From Candidatus Bathyarchaeia archaeon (GTDB lineage: Archaea; Thermoproteota; Bathyarchaeia; Bathyarchaeales; Bathycorpusculaceae), in the NCBI GenBank assembly GCA_049970895.1, contig JBMFMB010000004.1, positions 1-64,000 on the forward strand: a stretch of 64,000 bases of DNA. Direction: 5' to 3'. Of this stretch, positions 28,376 through 39,884 are shown piece by piece (position 1 is the stretch's first letter; the number at the start of each line of letters is the position of its first letter). The notes under the pieces are model-generated. The model was not told the DNA's origin. It saw only the letters and a program-made list of their open reading frames with translations, and did not search any database. A program made the translations under genes and the position numbers.

Positions 28376-28648
28376 ATGAAGAAGGTTGTCCTATACTGCG
28401 TGGCTGCAGCAGTTCTTGGGATACTTTTAATGCTTGGACCTTTGATAGCCTTTGCAATTTTTGAAAATGAAAAGAACTTAGCAGCCTTGTACCTCAATTC
28501 TTTCGCAAAGCAGCTGCCAGAAATTGAGAGAACTTACGGTTCTAACGCCTCCTCATATTCGAGCCTTGACATTGGAATCCTCGCAGCATGCTTTACTGGT
28601 GCTTTTACTGTTTACTTGTTTGCCAAGCATAGAACATCATTATTATAG
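28376..28648 (+). CDS. two-TM membrane protein
   Basis: 90 aa with N- and C-terminal hydrophobic helices. Confidence 0.7.
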   Translation: MKKVVLYCVAAAVLGILLMLGPLIAFAIFENEKNLAALYLNSFAKQLPEIERTYGSNASSYSSLDIGILAACFTGAFTVYLFAKHRTSLL

Positions 28649-28750
28649 TCGTTTGGTTAGAGATGCTTGTACTAATTTTGATACAAATGCGTTCTGAAAC
28701 ATAGCATTAAGTCATTGAATAGTGCTTAACATATTGGAAGTGAAATTAGT

Positions 28751-30481
28751 ATGGCGAAAGGAAAAGTTGTCATCTTAACGGTGCTCATGGGTTTAAGCAT
28801 GTTCCTAATGCTATGCGGCGACATCGAATATGACGCGGCTGCACTTGACAAGTTTAAATCTTATGATGAGCTTAAGGATTTCCTGCAGAAGTCTGAAATA
28901 CAGTATCATAACCTTCACCCTTATGATTATGCTCTTCGCATATTGGACAATGCCAAGCTTGCAAGCATGGAAGGTTTTGGTTATTCGAAGACTAATATAC
29001 AAGTTGAAGGAGTGGATGAAGCGGACATCGTCAAGACGGATGGTGAATATCTCTACATAATTTCAGGGAAAAATGTTGTTATTGTGAAGGCTTATCCACC
29101 TAAAGAGGCTGCGGTTTTGTCCAGAGTGAGTGTGAACGGCACATTGAAGCAGCTTTTCATAAATGGAGATAGGCTTGTGATTTTCTACGAAGATGGATGC
29201 CATGTTAACGTGAAGACCTTCATTCAAGTATATGACGTCTCATGCAAAGAATCTCCAACGCTTAAAAGAGAGGTTGCCGTTGATGGGCAATACTTTAATT
29301 CTAGAATGATAGGCGACTACGCCTACGTGCTCATTATGCGAAGAGCTCAAATAGTTAACGGTGAAGTTGAGCTTCCAAAAATCTGCTTTGACGGCGAGTG
29401 GAAAGAAATATCAGCCAGTGAAATTTACTACTCACACATACCCGATTATGCATATTTCTTCACAACTATAGTTGCCGTAAACGTGCACGATGAAGAACAA
29501 GTGCCAACATATGGACCGATGCTCCTAGGCGCAACAACAAGCATTTACGTTTCATTAGACAACATTTACATAGCGATAACCTCAAATGACAAGACGTATT
29601 TGCATAGAATCCAAATACAAGAAAATGAAATAGTCTACGCTGCTGACGGCCAAGTTCCAGGAGTTGTTCTCAACCAGTTCTCTATGGATGAATACAATTG
29701 TTACTTCAGAATCGCCACGTCCTATGCTGGACGGAACAGCCTTTACGTTTTAAACATGGATTTGGAAATGGTCGGCAGTTTGGAAAATATCGCTCCTAAA
29801 GAACAGATTCACTCAGCACGCTTTATGGGGAACATCTGCTATCTTGTAACTTTCAGGAAAGTTGATCCTTTCTTTGTAATAGACTTAACTAACCCATATG
29901 ACCCGAAGGTTCTTGGCATGCTAAAGATAAGCGGCTATTCTGATTATCTCCACCCCTACGATGAAAATCACGTAATAGGCGTCGGCAAAGAAACAATACC
30001 AGCGGAGGAAGGCGAATTCTCATGGTATCAGGGAATTAAAATATCACTTTTCGACGTTAGCAATGCTAGCAACCCGAAAGAAATTGCAAAGTTTATCATA
30101 GGTGAAAGGGGGACAGACTCGCCTGTTTTAAGAGATCACAAGGCGTTCTTGTTTGACAAGGAAAGGGGTCTTCTCGTTATACCAGTGCTTGTTGCAGATG
30201 TAAACGAAAGCACATATCCGGATGGTGTTCCACCATATGTGTGCGGCGAACCAGTTTGGCAAGGCGCATACGTGTTCAAAGTATCTTTGGAGTTTGAAGA
30301 AAAAATTGTGCTGCAAGGAACAATAACGCATATTGAAAACGGAGACGTTATGAACAGCATATACCAAATCACACGTACACTGTACATCGGTAACTTTCTA
30401 TACACAATCTCGGAAGGCAAAGTCAAAATAAATTCACTGTTAAACCTAAGCGAGGTCAAAGAATTGGATATCAAAGCATAA
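28751..30481 (+). CDS. secreted beta-propeller domain protein (Beta_propel)
   Basis: SKTNIQVEGVDEADIVKTDG, NQFSMDEY..YFRIAT, VTFRKVDP, GYSDYLHP. Confidence 0.93.
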   Translation: MAKGKVVILTVLMGLSMFLMLCGDIEYDAAALDKFKSYDELKDFLQKSEIQYHNLHPYDYALRILDNAKLASMEGFGYSKTNIQVEGVDEADIVKTDGEYLYIISGKNVVIVKAYPPKEAAVLSRVSVNGTLKQLFINGDRLVIFYEDGCHVNVKTFIQVYDVSCKESPTLKREVAVDGQYFNSRMIGDYAYVLIMRRAQIVNGEVELPKICFDGEWKEISASEIYYSHIPDYAYFFTTIVAVNVHDEEQVPTYGPMLLGATTSIYVSLDNIYIAITSNDKTYLHRIQIQENEIVYAADGQVPGVVLNQFSMDEYNCYFRIATSYAGRNSLYVLNMDLEMVGSLENIAPKEQIHSARFMGNICYLVTFRKVDPFFVIDLTNPYDPKVLGMLKISGYSDYLHPYDENHVIGVGKETIPAEEGEFSWYQGIKISLFDVSNASNPKEIAKFIIGERGTDSPVLRDHKAFLFDKERGLLVIPVLVADVNESTYPDGVPPYVCGEPVWQGAYVFKVSLEFEEKIVLQGTITHIENGDVMNSIYQITRTLYIGNFLYTISEGKVKINSLLNLSEVKELDIKA

Positions 30482-30494
30482 AGGGAGAAATACC

Positions 30495-30635
30495 GTGACC
30501 TTAAGTGAACTTGTTAGAACTATTGAAAACTTCGCCGAGATAGCTGTGACGATTCTCTTGGCTTACGCTGTTTACAAAATTGCAACGCTAATAGATGTGC
30601 TTATTTGGAAAATAAAAAGGGAAAAAGCGGAGTAG
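30495..30635 (+). CDS. small single-TM protein (not in ORF track)
   Basis: GTG start after GGGAG; MTLSELVRTIENFAEIAVTILLAYAVYKIATLIDVLIWKIKREKAE*. Confidence 0.55.
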   Translation: MTLSELVRTIENFAEIAVTILLAYAVYKIATLIDVLIWKIKREKAE

Positions 30636-30659
30636 AAGATCGCTAATGAAGCAAAAGAG

Positions 30660-31110
30660 GAGTTGTTGCAAGATGCGCTGACATCCTCAAAGAATGCTTC
30701 CAATAAGCGATTTGGCAATATCAATGATTAAGAGGCTTAACCAAGATCATACGGAAGAATGTTCGGTAACACGCAAAAACCTAACCATAGCATTCTTCAA
30801 ATAGAGGTTTGCTTACAAGCTTTAAAATCCAAGACTGTTGCACATAAGCTTCCACACCTTCAGATATTGGAAAGGCACAATGGAATACCATAAAACAAAA
30901 AGGCATACTATAAGTTCTGAGGCTATTGGGATACAGAACATTCAGAACACATTAGTTTACGTAAACATTGAAAACGCGTTATTCCAAAAGCAAACGACGA
31001 ATTCATAATTAAAACAGCAAAAACCATAGAAGAGCATGTAAACTAGTTGAGGTAGGCTTTAAAATACGAACAGAAATGGAAAGCAGTAAAAATTCAGAAA
31101 ACGAAGGTAT
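30660..31110 (+). pseudogene. tyrosine recombinase/integrase C-terminal remnant
   Basis: RLLHISFHTFRYWKGTMEYHKTK (HxxR at 30853-30864), then frameshifted VLRLLG / IQNTLVY with the catalytic Tyr codon at 30958. Internal stop at 30911. Confidence 0.82.
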
Positions 31111-31323
31111 GGTATAAATAATGAAAAGCAAGGCGAGTAGAAACATTTATATCCGCTGAGACAGCTTCACATCTATCTTGGTGAAGTTGAGTTGCCCGCA
31201 TTTATCCGGCGGCGGCCCAACTTAGACCGTAAAGGCGTCTATACGCCTAAAAGGGATGAAAAAGGTTGGCCTCCACTTGCGGGCACAAAAATGTGGACCT
31301 GACGCTAACGTTAGGTCTGAAAT

Positions 31324-31372
31324 GGGCTTTGGCATGTGGATCTCCCCTCCAAATCCAGTCGGCTTTGCGGCC
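31324..31372 (+). repeat. 5' arm of 16S processing stem (pairs with 32916-32966)
   Basis: GGGCTTTGGCATGTGGATC / GATCCACATGCCAAAGCCC and TCCAGTCGGCTTTG / CAAAGCCGACTGGA, with BHB CTCC-AAA / GGAG-AAA. Confidence 0.92.
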
Positions 31373-31411
31373 GTATGCCAATAAGCGTCTCCGGCACTCA
31401 GCCGGAAGCTA

Positions 31412-32905
<1,494 letters not shown>

Positions 32906-32915
32906 AAGTAAGCAT

Positions 32916-32966
32916 GGCCAAAGCCGACTGGAGGAGAAAGCCTAGCGGATCCACATGCCAAAGCCC
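32916..32966 (+). repeat. 3' arm of 16S processing stem
   Basis: Complementary to 31324-31372. Confidence 0.92.
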
Positions 32967-33154
32967 GCTAACACTGTTTCGGTGTTCAATTTTGTCTTAG
33001 GTGTTGAGTTGCAAAATTGAGTAGCCCCTCTAGTTTTTCCTGTCGCCCAGCCAATTTGTGCTGTTGGACTTTTGTAAATTGGATACCCTCTCTAGATTTT
33101 TGCATGGTTTCCATTTTCTCTAGCCCCTCCTCTATACGTTTCGCTTCGTTGACG

Positions 33155-35209
33155 TTAGCTTTCTGCTGTTATTCTGCCCATGCAGTAGGGGATTAGCTCT
33201 CGGATTTGTTCAATTGAGGCTTTCAGTATTTTTTCGCGTTTTTCTTTTGGCGCCTTTTCCGCTAAGGTTTTTAAAACTTGTTTTAGGAGTTGTTTTCCGC
33301 TGTTTTCTCCAGGAACGAGAACCGTGTAGGTTTTTGTTTTGTTTTTGATGGCGTCTACTGGACCGCCTATGAAGACTACTTCGCCACTTTCGTCGAATTG
33401 GACGCCTACAGCTATTTTTAGGGGCGTATTACGCATCCAATTTCGGCTTCCAGTTATGGCGAAGGCTCCTCTGGGCACGTATTCTCCTGAACTTCCAGCC
33501 TTGCTTAGCTGTTCTGGCTTAACCCAGTAAACATCCACTGTGGCGAAACCCTCCCGCCAACCCCTTGAGTGGGCTGCTGCAAATTCTGCAGCCTCGCGTA
33601 GACACTTTTCTGTTGGTTTTTTCCCTTCAGTTTTGACAACGACGAAGGGTGCACCGACCAAGTCTGCATGGAAGACTATGTCTTCTGGGGCTGTGTACTT
33701 TTTTATGAGGACTTCGTTGCTGACCGCGTCTTTGCCAGCCACTATGAGAAAGCCTTCTGAGGATGTGAACCATTTGAATTTCTCGAACCATTTTCTTGGT
33801 TTAACCCTTCTTTTGGCGAGTTCTTCTATGGCTTTGGTTGGCACAACCTCCTTTAGGGCTTCAGCCTCCCTGATTTTTGCTTCTATCTCTGAAAGCTTCC
33901 TCTTAGTTTCTTCTATTGCGGTTTTTGCGCCCTCCAATTTTCGCCTAAAAAGCTTAGCCCTCACATAGAATTTAGCGGCGTTTGTGAACAGGTCTTTTTG
34001 GAGGTCTATGCCGAAATTTAAGCCATCCACACATAAGTTAAGAATAAGTTTTTGCCTATCAAAGGATTCAAAAAACACGTATGGTTTTAAGCCAGCACGC
34101 TTTCCAGAAACCACTTCAGCGATTATTTCGTCCCATTCTTTGCCGGAGCTTTTCTCGGCTAAAAACTTGTTTAGGAGTGTTTGGAGCTCGCTGGAATAGG
34201 CGTAAATAGTGTCGCCTATCTGCTTGCACTTTGCAGCTTTTTGCTCCGCATCTTTTAGAGCTTTCTCTTGTTCAGCTAAAACCCTTTTTAAACGCTCCGC
34301 CTCCCGCGTAAGCTGTTCTAAAGCCTTCTTTTCAGCAGTAGCCTTCTTCAAAACCTCAATTTTTGTGTAAAACTCGTCCAGGGCTTCATTAAAGCTTTCG
34401 AATGGCTGGTGCTTTAACCTCTCATAGCGTTTAAGCCTTAAAGGTGTAACATCCACAAAACTGTCATCATCAACTAGAACTATGCATGGTTCAAGTTTCC
34501 CCTCAAAAACTTGGGAAAGCATTTCATTCAAACATTTGTGGATGGCTTCAGCCTGCGACGGAGTTAAGCCACCGCACTTTGTTGTCTTCTCTATTCCAAG
34601 CCTAAGCAAGACTTCTTCGGCGTAAACTCCGCCAATCCCTAAGTAGCGGGCAAGAGCCCTCACAATTTCAACGTCGCCAAAGCCTTTCAGCCCATCATAA
34701 AGGGCTTGCACACTGATTTTTGTTGGATTCTGCCCACTTGGGGGAGCAAAACGGAAAGTTTCACCCCTCAATATGTTTCTGTCCCGCATTCGCCTAAAAT
34801 GTAATGCTTGCAAAATTTTGTTTTCCACGTCCACTAGGATTATGTTTCCTTCGCCGAAAACCTCCAAAACAAGCCTAAAATTGCCAAGTTTACCGCTGAA
34901 ATCGAAGAGGATAACCCTTTCAAACTCGTATTGCTCAATATTTGTTAGCTGGCTGTTTCTTAGGAATTTTCTCAAAGCCATGCAAAAAGCTGGTGGAACA
35001 AGGGGTTTCTCCAAAGCATAAGATGTCAAGTTCAAGCGTTTTCCAGCCTCTAAAACGAGGTTATAGGCTGTTTCACCACGTCTCAGCTTGAAAAGCAATG
35101 TTTTATCATTCAGCTGATAAATGTTGCCAACTCTCGAGTTTAGAACCATGTCCCTCAGCTCGCGGACAACTGCGGCAACATCGAAGCTGCTGAACTCTTC
35201 TTTACGCAA
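33155..35209 (-). CDS. rqcH: ribosome rescue protein Rqc2/RqcH (NFACT)
   Basis: FSSFDV, FCMALRK, FER, GNIILVD, KWFEKFKWF, GKDA.SNE, FHAD. Confidence 0.95.
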   Translation of the reverse strand: MRKEEFSSFDVAAVVRELRDMVLNSRVGNIYQLNDKTLLFKLRRGETAYNLVLEAGKRLNLTSYALEKPLVPPAFCMALRKFLRNSQLTNIEQYEFERVILFDFSGKLGNFRLVLEVFGEGNIILVDVENKILQALHFRRMRDRNILRGETFRFAPPSGQNPTKISVQALYDGLKGFGDVEIVRALARYLGIGGVYAEEVLLRLGIEKTTKCGGLTPSQAEAIHKCLNEMLSQVFEGKLEPCIVLVDDDSFVDVTPLRLKRYERLKHQPFESFNEALDEFYTKIEVLKKATAEKKALEQLTREAERLKRVLAEQEKALKDAEQKAAKCKQIGDTIYAYSSELQTLLNKFLAEKSSGKEWDEIIAEVVSGKRAGLKPYVFFESFDRQKLILNLCVDGLNFGIDLQKDLFTNAAKFYVRAKLFRRKLEGAKTAIEETKRKLSEIEAKIREAEALKEVVPTKAIEELAKRRVKPRKWFEKFKWFTSSEGFLIVAGKDAVSNEVLIKKYTAPEDIVFHADLVGAPFVVVKTEGKKPTEKCLREAAEFAAAHSRGWREGFATVDVYWVKPEQLSKAGSSGEYVPRGAFAITGSRNWMRNTPLKIAVGVQFDESGEVVFIGGPVDAIKNKTKTYTVLVPGENSGKQLLKQVLKTLAEKAPKEKREKILKASIEQIRELIPYCMGRITAES

Positions 35210-35290
35210 TGTGCGGAGCCACCGCTTTAACATGAGAATATGAAGCTTATGCCTTATAAATTGGAAAGTCACCCCCGAAGCTCTCTTTTA

Positions 35291-36034
35291 CTAAATTACT
35301 GGGCTTGGGGCTTCAATGGGTAACCTTTCAAATGGGCACTCTTGCCCCCCGACAACTTTCAGTTTCGCCATAACCGTGTTATTTTCGATTTCGACGATGT
35401 TGTAGGTGTTCTGGTAGAAGCCTCTAAATCTGTTGGTTGAAACTGTGCCAGCGTGGAGTATCAATAGTTTTCCAAGAGTCCACAACCATGGGCGGTGGCG
35501 GTGCCCACACAAGACTAGGTTAACATCATACTTTGTCAATGTCCATAGGAAGTCTCCGGCATCGGAAACTATGTTGCGTTCCATGCCCGTGTCTGGGACG
35601 GGAATTAAATGGTGGTGGAGAGCCACAATTTTGAAACTATCCCTGCAGTTTTCAAGTTGGCTTTTCATCCATAAGCCTTGGTTATAGCCTATTTCGCCGT
35701 CATCCCTGTCTGGTCTGGAAGAATTCAGCATGATGATGGCTACATTGTCAACCCTTGTTACTGACGATGGGCTTCCAAAAAACTTTGGAAGAAGCAAATA
35801 GCCTGTTGTTCTAGCGTCGTGGTTTCCGCTTCCAACGATCAAGTGTTTGCATTTTATTAACGCCAAATACCTTTTGGCTTCTCTAAACTCCTCTATTAAG
35901 CCTTCCTCCGTCAAGTCTCCAGTTACAACAACAACTTCTGGGTTAAGCTCGTTTATCTCGTCAATAGCCTCTAGAAGCACTTCCTCCTTAAACTTTGGAC
36001 CACAGTGAAGGTCTGATATGTGCACTATCAACAA
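35291..36034 (-). CDS. metallophosphoesterase (calcineurin-like)
   Basis: SDLH, TGDLT, GNHD, HHH, GHRH. Confidence 0.95.
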   Translation of the reverse strand: MLIVHISDLHCGPKFKEEVLLEAIDEINELNPEVVVVTGDLTEEGLIEEFREAKRYLALIKCKHLIVGSGNHDARTTGYLLLPKFFGSPSSVTRVDNVAIIMLNSSRPDRDDGEIGYNQGLWMKSQLENCRDSFKIVALHHHLIPVPDTGMERNIVSDAGDFLWTLTKYDVNLVLCGHRHRPWLWTLGKLLILHAGTVSTNRFRGFYQNTYNIVEIENNTVMAKLKVVGGQECPFERLPIEAPSPVI

Positions 36035-36071
36035 CTCCTAACCAACCTCCCACAACCTCCTCAGCAAGTTT

Positions 36072-36224
36072 GAGATGCCCAGTGTCAACATTTCAGTCAT
36101 ATTCGCCACAACCCTCCGGAAGAAGAGAAACGCAACAAACAGACGGAAAACGCATCCCTCACCGGAGATACCCTATGCTAGTACCATGTTTAATGGAATA
36201 CATGGTCCACATAGGGTTCCGGTG
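36072..36224 (-). promoter_or_regulatory. structured 5' leader of the metallophosphoesterase gene
   Basis: Three-segment hairpin at 36160-36224, plus a helix pairing 36152-36158 with 36072-36078. Confidence 0.45.
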
Positions 36225-36378
36225 CATGGTTTCACGAGCCTTTTATGTAAGGCGATAGTCTCTCTTATAAGATTATCGATTTACCCGTACAACACAACCG
36301 GCTAGGAAGCTCTACACAATTCCTTGAATAGTCAAATTTAAATGTGATGTGCGTGTTAGAACTACAAAAGTGGGTTAA

Positions 36379-36690
36379 ATGAAACCTTTAGAAGTGCTAT
36401 ACTGGCTAAGGTTTGTCCTCGGCATAGTGGCAGCCTTCATCTGCGTCGGATACGAGCAAGCTGTAGGATTGATTGGCACAGATTTAAACCTCACCACTCT
36501 GTTTAATGGTATAGCCTTTGCATTAATTGTTTACATTCTATCTTACTACATGATTAAACCGAAGTTTATTCTTAAGGTGGAGAAGCCTCAAAAAATCTTC
36601 ACAACTGGGATGGGCATATACTTCCTATCATGGCTTGTTTTCTGGGTGCTCTTCTACACCATAGCCCTATGGTTCTTAAGAGCCATTTAG
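36379..36690 (+). CDS. three-TM EMC6/OPTI(RAB5IF)-like membrane protein
   Basis: VLYWLR..G and ..G...F....W..FYT pattern, 103 aa. Confidence 0.65.
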   Translation: MKPLEVLYWLRFVLGIVAAFICVGYEQAVGLIGTDLNLTTLFNGIAFALIVYILSYYMIKPKFILKVEKPQKIFTTGMGIYFLSWLVFWVLFYTIALWFLRAI

Positions 36691-36698
36691 AACGAATT

Positions 36699-37154
36699 TT
36701 AATCTATGAAATCCTCCATTGTTGCTTGATTTTTGTCTTCAAGAAGTTTTCCTGCTTCCATCCTTTCTTGAGAAGCGTTTCTATTTTCAATATTTTCAAT
36801 GGCGTTGACAATGTTGAGTTTGCCTGCCACACGGGTGAAGTCTGCCCATGCTGCGAAGAAGCCCCTATCAAAGTCGCCATGAAGCCTATTCTTCACATGG
36901 TTCAGGAATTCTCTTCTAAAGTTTTGCAGAGCCTCCTTGTCGGATACGTCCAACTTTGAAAAGAAGGCGTAAGAATCGCTGTTGTTGGAGCGTCTCACAA
37001 GAAGCATCCCATATAGGGCTCTGAAATAGCCCCTATTCCATTCTGTTTTTTGCATTTTCTGTTTGAGCCTTTCAAGTTCGCGTTCCGCCTCCGCAAACTG
37101 TTTGTTTAGGATTAGCTGGAAAAACCTTGTGACTAGGGCTTGGGGTATGGGCAT
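36699..37154 (-). CDS. hypothetical helical protein with C-terminal PIP-like box
   Basis: Abuts the radA stop; ends QATMEDFID. Confidence 0.8.
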   Translation of the reverse strand: MPIPQALVTRFFQLILNKQFAEAERELERLKQKMQKTEWNRGYFRALYGMLLVRRSNNSDSYAFFSKLDVSDKEALQNFRREFLNHVKNRLHGDFDRGFFAAWADFTRVAGKLNIVNAIENIENRNASQERMEAGKLLEDKNQATMEDFID

Positions 37155-37155
37155 T

Positions 37156-38169
37156 TCAGCGACCACTGGATTTTGCCTTTTCCTCTTCGGAAATGTCCTC
37201 TATACCATTTTCTGTAATTTTAAAGATTTCCTCCCCCTCTGGCAGATATGGACTTGAAACCAGACGGGCTATGCGTATCGGACCATGGGAAGCCTTTCTA
37301 AGGTATATGCGAGTGTGGCTTGTATGCCCAACAATGTGCCCGCCAACTGGGTGGATGGCGTCTCCAAAGAACATGTCCGGCTTAGCCATAACCTGATTTG
37401 TCACAACAGCCACAGCATTAAAGGCTCTTGCCAACCTTATGAGTTTGTGCATGTGCTTGTTTAGCTTCTGCTGCCTCACAGCCAGCATCTCCCGTCCCAG
37501 ATATTCGCTTCTAAAATGAGCCGTTAAAGAGTCAACAATAATGAGTTTAACATTGTTTTCCTTTATCACTTCGTCCGCGTTTTCCAGAAGGAACATTTGA
37601 TGGTCTGATGTGTAGGCTTCCGCATAAATAATGTTTTTAACAACATTTTGGGGGTCAAGCCCCAAGTGCCTAGCCATCTGCACAATGCGCTCAGTCCTAA
37701 AGGTGTTTTCAGTGTCTATATACAATGCTGCGCCATTAAGCCCACCCCGCTCCGGTGGAAGCTGCACATTCACGCATAGTTGATGGCAGATTTGGCTTTT
37801 CCCACTCCCATATTCGCCATAAAACTCTGTTATTGTTTGGGTTTCCAAGCCGCCGTCTAAAAGCTTGTCTAGGGCTTTGCTTCCAGTGGTTAGCCTCAAA
37901 ACATTCTGCCGCATCCTCAAGAGCTCGTCGGCTCTGATGAAGGCTATGCCAATGGATGAGCGGGCGGCACTTATTATTGCTAAAGCCTTTTTCTCGCTTA
38001 TCCCGGCTGGCTCAAGCTCGCGAACTGTTGCCATAGCAAGAGACTCAACAGTGTGGAAGCCCAGCTCCCTCAACTTCTGGGCTGTTGATGGACCAATGCC
38101 TGGAAGGTCTTCAAGGGTTTCGTAGCGTGGCTTTTCCGCGCCCGTGCCTTCGCCTTCTTCCTCTGACAT
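37156..38169 (-). CDS. radA: DNA repair and recombination protein RadA
   Basis: HhH N-terminus, [23 protein letters not shown]. Confidence 0.98.
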   Translation of the reverse strand: MSEEEGEGTGAEKPRYETLEDLPGIGPSTAQKLRELGFHTVESLAMATVRELEPAGISEKKALAIISAARSSIGIAFIRADELLRMRQNVLRLTTGSKALDKLLDGGLETQTITEFYGEYGSGKSQICHQLCVNVQLPPERGGLNGAALYIDTENTFRTERIVQMARHLGLDPQNVVKNIIYAEAYTSDHQMFLLENADEVIKENNVKLIIVDSLTAHFRSEYLGREMLAVRQQKLNKHMHKLIRLARAFNAVAVVTNQVMAKPDMFFGDAIHPVGGHIVGHTSHTRIYLRKASHGPIRIARLVSSPYLPEGEEIFKITENGIEDISEEEKAKSSGR

Positions 38170-38343
38170 AAGTATCCCGTTTGACTGTTATTTGCGGCGG
38201 TATTTAAAGCAAACGAGAGACTATGCCTTCCAACACGTGGAGAGATGAGTTAAAGTGAAGACTTCACGTTTGGAAAGTCTAAAACTTTGGAAACTCTTTT
38301 ATAAAATGCCATAAAAGAGAAGTTTTCGCCAAAAACATAGTGT

Positions 38344-39243
38344 TTGAGGGTGGAATGCTTGGAGATAGCCAAAGTTGTTGAAGATGTGGCTTTTAACCTT
38401 CTGAAGCAGGCGGTCATATACCTTCCAGAAGACGTGAAAAAAGCCTTGAAAAAGGCTTATGCGGAAGAAACAAGCGAAGCCGCTAAAACCCAGTTGAAGG
38501 CTATCCTCGAAAACATAGAGCTTGCAGAGAAATATAAGGCGCCAATATGCCAAGACACGGGCACAATAATTTTCTATGCCCAGGCTGGGGCGGAAGTTAA
38601 AAACCTTGACAAGGTTGAGGAAGCCTTGGCTAAGGCGACAAGGAGGGCTACAAAGGAAATCCCGTTAAGGCCTAATGCTGTTGATCCCTTCACTCAAAAG
38701 AACAGTGGAGACAACACGGGACGGTTTATACCATACATAAACTGGGAAGTAGTCCCCGGCGACAGCCTCGAATTGACGGTTATAACGAAGGGTGGCGGTT
38801 CAGAAAATGCTTGCGTAACTGGGATGCTTGTGCCCGGCGAGGGCATAAACGGACTAAAGAAATTTGTCATAGAATCCGTTATAAAAGCTGGAGGCCAACC
38901 ATGCCCACCGACAATTCTGGGCGTTGCCATGGGTGGAGGGGCAGACATAGCCATGAAACTCGCGAAAAAGGCTCTTTTGAGACCTCTGGATCAGCCTAAC
39001 CCAAACCCAGAAATAGCGAAGCTTGAAAAAGAGCTTTATGAGGCGGCGAACATGACTGGAATTGGTCCGATGGGGCTGGGCGGAAAAACAACGGTTTTGG
39101 GCGTGCACATCGAGTATGCTTTTAGGCATCCTGCCTCTTTCCCGGCGGCTGTTGCCTTCAACTGTTGGGCTGCTCGGAGAGCAACTGCAAGAATTCACGT
39201 AGACGGGACGGTTGAATATTTAACCCATAAGGGTTTGGTGTGA
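38344..39243 (+). CDS. Fe-S fumarate hydratase alpha subunit (FumA/TtdA-like)
   Basis: PICQDTG, KGGGSEN, PCPP, GIGPMGLGG, CWA. Confidence 0.93.
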   Translation: MRVECLEIAKVVEDVAFNLLKQAVIYLPEDVKKALKKAYAEETSEAAKTQLKAILENIELAEKYKAPICQDTGTIIFYAQAGAEVKNLDKVEEALAKATRRATKEIPLRPNAVDPFTQKNSGDNTGRFIPYINWEVVPGDSLELTVITKGGGSENACVTGMLVPGEGINGLKKFVIESVIKAGGQPCPPTILGVAMGGGADIAMKLAKKALLRPLDQPNPNPEIAKLEKELYEAANMTGIGPMGLGGKTTVLGVHIEYAFRHPASFPAAVAFNCWAARRATARIHVDGTVEYLTHKGLV

Positions 39244-39255
39244 GGTGAAAATGGT

Positions 39256-39861
39256 ATGGCTGTATACCACTTTAAAACACCTATTTCAGAAGCGGAAATC
39301 CGCAAACTGAAGGTTAATGACACCATTTACATAACTGGAACCATTGTGACAGCCAGAGACCAAGCCCATAGGCGAGCCCTAGAGTATTTCAAACAAGGCA
39401 AGCCACTGCCAGTGAACCTTGAAGGGTTGGCGGTTTTCCACTGCGGACCAGTGGTGAGCAGAGAGGGCGATAAGTGGGTAGCTGTAGCTGCTGGTCCAAC
39501 AACAAGCACTAGGATGGATATTTTTGAAGATGAGTTTATCAAAAACTTCAAGGTCAGAGTCGTGATTGGAAAGGGTGGAATGGGAAAGAGGACAACGGAC
39601 GCCATGGCGAAATACGGAGCTGTCTACGGAGCCTTCACTGGCGGGGCGGCGATATTGGCGGCTAAAGCCATAAAGAATGTTAGGGGTGTGGAGTGGCTTG
39701 ACCTTGGCACGCCGGAAGCCTTATGGATTTTTGAGGTTGAAGACTTTGGACCATTAACGGTGGCTATAGACTCGCATGGAAACAACCTATTCCTGGAAGT
39801 GGCAAAAACTGTCGAGGAAAACAGGAAAAGGATTTATGAGAAACTGGGCTTACAGCCCTAA
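39256..39861 (+). CDS. Fe-S fumarate hydratase beta subunit
   Basis: TARDQAH, GPTTSTRM, IGKGG. Confidence 0.93.
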   Translation: MAVYHFKTPISEAEIRKLKVNDTIYITGTIVTARDQAHRRALEYFKQGKPLPVNLEGLAVFHCGPVVSREGDKWVAVAAGPTTSTRMDIFEDEFIKNFKVRVVIGKGGMGKRTTDAMAKYGAVYGAFTGGAAILAAKAIKNVRGVEWLDLGTPEALWIFEVEDFGPLTVAIDSHGNNLFLEVAKTVEENRKRIYEKLGLQP

Positions 39862-39884
39862 ACTTTCCACCATTTTTTAATTCT

